Positions 59,097-64,000 of a DNA stretch of 64,000 nt are shown here, piece by piece. The stretch is taken from NCBI RefSeq assembly GCF_009914755.1, contig NC_060930.1, one strand, 5' to 3'. How positions within the stretch are numbered: the first letter of the stretch is position 1; the number at the start of each line of letters is the position of its first letter. The notes under the pieces were generated by a model. It was not told where the DNA came from and made no database searches. It saw nothing but the letters and a program-made list of their open reading frames with translations. The DNA is from the human T2T-CHM13v2.0 reference genome, Homo sapiens. The translations under genes were made by a program, and so were the position numbers.

Positions 59097-61049
59097 TCAC
59101 TTCTCTTTCTTGTTTGTGTATCTGGTATCATTTCTTTCCTTGTGGTTACCATGGGACTAACATAAAAAGTCTTATAATAGACTATTTTAAGCTGATAGCA
59201 ACTCAACTCAGCTTGCATAAAAATACTCTAGATTTCCCTCCTCCCATTTGTATTTTTGTTGCCTTAATTTACTTAATCTACTGTGTGTTCCTTGGCTACT
59301 ACCGTAGCTGTTGTTTTTGACTTGTTTTGATTTTAAACCTTCATACTAGAAGATGGAGAGAATTACATAGCACCAATATATCATTGGGGTATTTTGTGTT
59401 TGATTTATAAATTTATCTATACTCATGAGTTCTATACTTTCACACATTTTCATGGTGATATTACCTTTTAGTTTCCAGTTGTATTACTTCATAATCATTT
59501 CTTGTAAGGCAAGCCTAATGGGTAAACTTCTTCAACTTTTGCTTGTCTTCAAAAGTATTTGTTTATCCTTCATTTCTGAAAGATAAATTTGTTGGAGATA
59601 GTATTCTTGGATGCCAGTTTTTTTTTCTTTCAGCATTTTCAATATATTATCCCATTCTCTCTTGACTTGCAAGGTTTTTGCTGAAAAATCTACTAATAAT
59701 ATAATGGGAATTATTTTATATGGGACTTGTTACTTTTCTCTTACATCTTTTGGAATTTTATCTTCGTCTTTGACTTTTGACAGTCTGATTATATTGGGCC
59801 TCAGAGAGGATCTTCTTGGGTTAAATCTAATTGAAGACTTTTGAGTTTCCTAAATCTGGATGCCCATATCTCTCCCAGTACTTTGGAAATTTTAAGCTAT
59901 ATTTTATAGGTTTTCTGATGTGCCACATGGGTTTAAAAACCAAGGTTAGTGGTTCCATCTCGCTTAGGTTCTGGGTGGCTGGGGTCATGATGCTGCTGGC
60001 ACCCACCCATGTGAATGTGGTGGAATGACAGTGAAGCCTCATGGGTGGAGAAAGTCAGTTGCTAATGGCCTCCAGGGCAGGACACCCTCTAGTAGTGAGT
60101 CCAGTTTTAAAATAATATTGAGCCATAGCATCTTAGATCATGGGGGGTGGGATGTATTCAAAGTAGGTTCCTACTCTAAGCAGTGCAGCTTTTATTAACT
60201 CCTGGCTACTCTCCAAACTGGATTCAGAACCTATGAGGACTTGATAGGCTCTTCTGTAGCAATGATTGCTGGTGTTTGTGGCAGTGATAGGAACCATTGG
60301 GGATTTCCAGTTTATTCTCTCTTCACAAAAAAAAGTTACCCATGACTCTGAGCTTATTCCAGTGGGAGAAAAAGTATGCCACCCTTCTCTGCGGTGTTAT
60401 TCTGGTCTTCTGTGTTCCACAGGGATTTTGCCATTCTCCTGGTGCTATCCAGCATACTTCCTCAGTTACTGTAGTTGAAATATCATTGTTTATTCATTGT
60501 TCCGATTCCTTTCTGTGGAGAGTTAGCACCTAACTCTAGTCAGTAATTTTACTGATGTCACTCAGAGCTAGAGTAATTTTAGCATATTGTAAAAAAAAGT
60601 TGTGTTATATACAAAGATCAGTACAAGAAATACAAATGACAATGGTATATAATTGAAAATTAAGAGAATACTTAATAACTCAAAGACAAAAATGCCATAA
60701 TGGAAATGTTAAAATATTTAGAAGTATACACAGAATTTAGAACTGTATGACAATAAAATGCCATATCAAAGCTAAAAAATGGTTCTTTGGAATGACTAAT
60801 AAAGTAGGCAAATGTCTATCAGGCAGAAAACAAAAGAAAATTAAAAGCCATTGAGATTAAAAATAGGTAGGTATCCATAGATAGAGTAAAAATATAAGAT
60901 AGTATTATAGAGAACTTTCAGAAAAATTGAACGTCTTATGAATAATAAAGTCAAATCAGTATTTTAAAATTTTTTGAGAAAAATAAAACATGCAGAATAA
61001 AGAGATTTGAGCTGGAAGCTATTAAATCTCAAGGTAGAGGCTTTCAATC

Positions 61050-61650
61050 CTGTTGAAAGTCTTCCTAACCTAAAAGGGAGGGGAAATAAACCCAACTCAT
61101 TCCCTAACCATTTATGGATACGATACAGGTAGAAAACTTTGCTCAGTCTTTAAGAAAGGTGTATTCCCAGATGCTCAGGTGTGACCTAGAAGACAATGAA
61201 AAGAAAGAATCTCACAGACAGTGAAGCCAGAGATGCAGAATAATAGAGAAGAAAACTCCTAGGGAGTGAAATTAGGACATAATCAAGGAACTAGGAACCC
61301 TCAAAGTATCTTCTTCGGAGTTTCAGAAATGCCTTAACACCAGTGTCTGCTGCATGTCTTAAGTTTCTTTTTCCAAACAAGAGTGTTTTCTGTGGCTACC
61401 ATATCCTTATTTCATTATTAAATATTAATATTAGGTGTATGAGGGCAAACAATTTTTTCACTTATTGAGGTGATCTATGAAGTAAACTAAACTAAACACC
61501 ATAGGTACCACATCTAGAACTTCTGTAGTGACTACAGGGCATAACCAAGAGCTCCTGGACTTTCAGCAGATGACATAACTAGGAAGTACTATTGGATAGT
61601 CTATCTTGGAATGTAGATGAAAGTGGTTGTGGAAAGAAGGGTGAGGAGTA
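61050..61650 (+). mobile_element. Old MaLR internal sequence (MLT1-int-like)
   Basis: 'ggagtttcagaaatgcc...tttccaaacaagagtgttttctgtggctaccatatcc...cctggactttcagc' resembles the MaLR-int 3' part (compare THE1-int 20720-20920). Confidence 0.45.
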
Positions 61651-62373
61651 TGGTGATATGCTGTTCACCAAAGCTTTACAGCTTTCCTCTTTCGAGCATA
61701 TGTAGGATTATGTTTAGAAGCTTTAAGAACCACTTTTTTTTTCTGCTTTGGCAAATTTGGAAAAGTGGAGAAGAAACTTTTCTCAGCCTGAGTAACTGAA
61801 TATGATGCAGACCAGTGCCCCTCTCTCTAACCCACAGTGGACATGCAGCATGAAACGTAGATCTTGTTTTTTTCACCGATACGTAGGGATTGTTTAATGT
61901 TACAGCATATAAACTTCCTGACTTTTGTGTTTTTAGTGATGACAGGAGGAAACAGGCACATAATTGGCCAATATTACTCACTGAATGATCCATGTTTTCC
62001 TTTCTGTTTTTTAAAAATTCATATTTATCATGTTATATTCTTGAAATATGTGATTTCTGAATTGTTTACTCCATGCATTAATCTGTGTCCTTCATTCAAG
62101 AATTTATATTGTTCAGGTTACAATAACTGTATGCATTTTAATATCTAAAATGTTAGCCTACCCTCAATACTCTTTGTTTTTAAAATTTGCCTGGTTTTTC
62201 TTGTTTTTTCTTACATGAAGTTTACACTGTTTGTCTTTTTTTAAAGGAAGCTACGTGTATTTTTATTTGAATGCATGTTAATAGATGGACTTATCACTCT
62301 TGTATTAACTATTATTGTTTTGTGATTACTACTTAAGTGTAAAATTATAACTATAAAATAATTTTAAGTATAA

Positions 62374-62770
<397 letters not shown>

Positions 62771-62954
62771 TAGTGATTACTATGATTTAATCTTTGTGAT
62801 TACTTAATGAAAAGTACGCAGTCTTCCATGAAGTACTCATAGAATTTTCACTGTATAGGAGGCCCAATGCATAACTTAATGTGACCAATAAACAGAGAAA
62901 TATTTTTGCTAAGCTAAATTTTACAAAACTGTTTACTTTCAAGTTTAATGGTCA

Positions 62955-63110
62955 AAAGAGAAGACTGTTAAGCTAGACTACCCAAGTTCTAATCTATTTT
63001 GTTATTTACTCCCTGTGTAACTTTGGGCAAGTTACTGAACCTATGCCTCAGTTTCTTCACATGTAAAATGTGGATAGTAATAGTACATACTTCAGTAAAA
63101 TATTGAGTGG
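62955..63110 (+). mobile_element. MIR
   Basis: Core 'tgtgtaactttgggcaagttactgaacctatgcctcagtttcttcacatgtaaaatg'. Confidence 0.85.
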
Positions 63111-63149
63111 AAAAAAATGAGCACCACCTACATCAACGTACAGCCTTAT

Positions 63150-64000
63150 CAAAATTAAGCTCATCAGGAGTAAAAAACATAAACATAAAATCTTTCAGTA
63201 AAGAAAAAAATGCAGTTCAAATACAAATGATTAGACATCAGAATAACTTTGAGCTTTTCGATAACAACACTGGAAACGAGATGCAAATGAAACATTCCCT
63301 TAAAAATTCTGAGAGAAAATAATTTTCAAGTTGGAATTCTAAACCTGCTTCAAGCATAAACCATATGTGGGAAGATAAATGAAGACATTTTCAGAGATGG
63401 AAGGTCTCAAAAATTCTATACCATGAACCCCTTTTTGCAGGAAGATATGGGAAGATCTGCTTACCAAAATGAGACTGTAAAGCAAGAAAAAGAGAGGAAT
63501 AAGACTGAGTAAACAAAAGATTTATCTTGGAAGCGAAAAAGAGAAAAATCTCTAGAAAGAAGGTAAAAGAAAACCCTAAGCAAGTCTCTCTGCAGCTATT
63601 CTATTACAGAGCAAACAATCCAGAGTAGTGGAGAATGTCAGGGGCACCAGGAAGGTTATTTTTTGGGGGGAAAGTGTACCTGTAGATTATCTGTAGTGTT
63701 TGATGCCATCAAGAAAGCCTTCCTGTTTTTACAGAAGGCTTGTGGATCAATTAGTCATCATTAAAACAAAAAATCCCTCAATTAAAAAATTACAGCTATC
63801 ACGAACCTCAAAGAGAAGAAAAGTTGTATAAGAAAATAAGTTGTATAAAGTTATAAGATGCAATTGAGCTAAAAGTTGATTTATAGTTCAAATCAGTATA
63901 GATTAAAAAATTACTGAATAAATTCACTGAGAAGATAGAAAAGAAGTATTTGTGTATATATGTGTACATACATGTATGTGGGGACATGACCTAAGGTGAT
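63150..64000 (+). mobile_element. HAL1-like (half-L1) remnant
   Basis: ORF1 C-terminal-like 'aaaattctgagagaaaataattttcaagttggaattcta...aagacattttcaga...ggtctcaaaaatt', followed by a HAL1-type tail rather than ORF2. Confidence 0.6.

Overview
This is AT-rich primate (most likely human) genomic DNA, intergenic or deep intronic. I see no CpG island, host protein-coding exon or RNA gene, and I cannot assign a locus. By eye roughly two thirds is transposon-derived. (1) 1-7915: a young L1PA (disrupted ORF2, 3'UTR and polyA) adjoining an older L1MA, which carries an MST LTR with a nested Alu. (2) ~10200-16400: a mosaic of old L1MC/MD pieces. (3) 19057-21400: a complete two-LTR THE1D (MaLR) element. 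(4) ~22000-42000: scattered L2, MIR, MLT, MST, MER5, MER33, MER45, MADE1 and Alu copies among the only sizeable unique sequence, which has a few enhancer-like motif clusters. (5) ~43400-61000: a nested L1 stack (L1ME > L1MA > L1PB > L1PA7) with two twin-primed, 5'-inverted L1PA7 insertions. All long ORFs in the track are L1 ORF2 remnants or repeat artefacts. I found no evidence of a new gene system. The best observations are retrotransposition and repair signatures (inversions, a candidate short 3' transduction, a templated insertion, hairpins) and regulatory potential in the THE1D LTRs. Subfamily names come from remembered consensus sequences and need RepeatMasker/Dfam confirmation.
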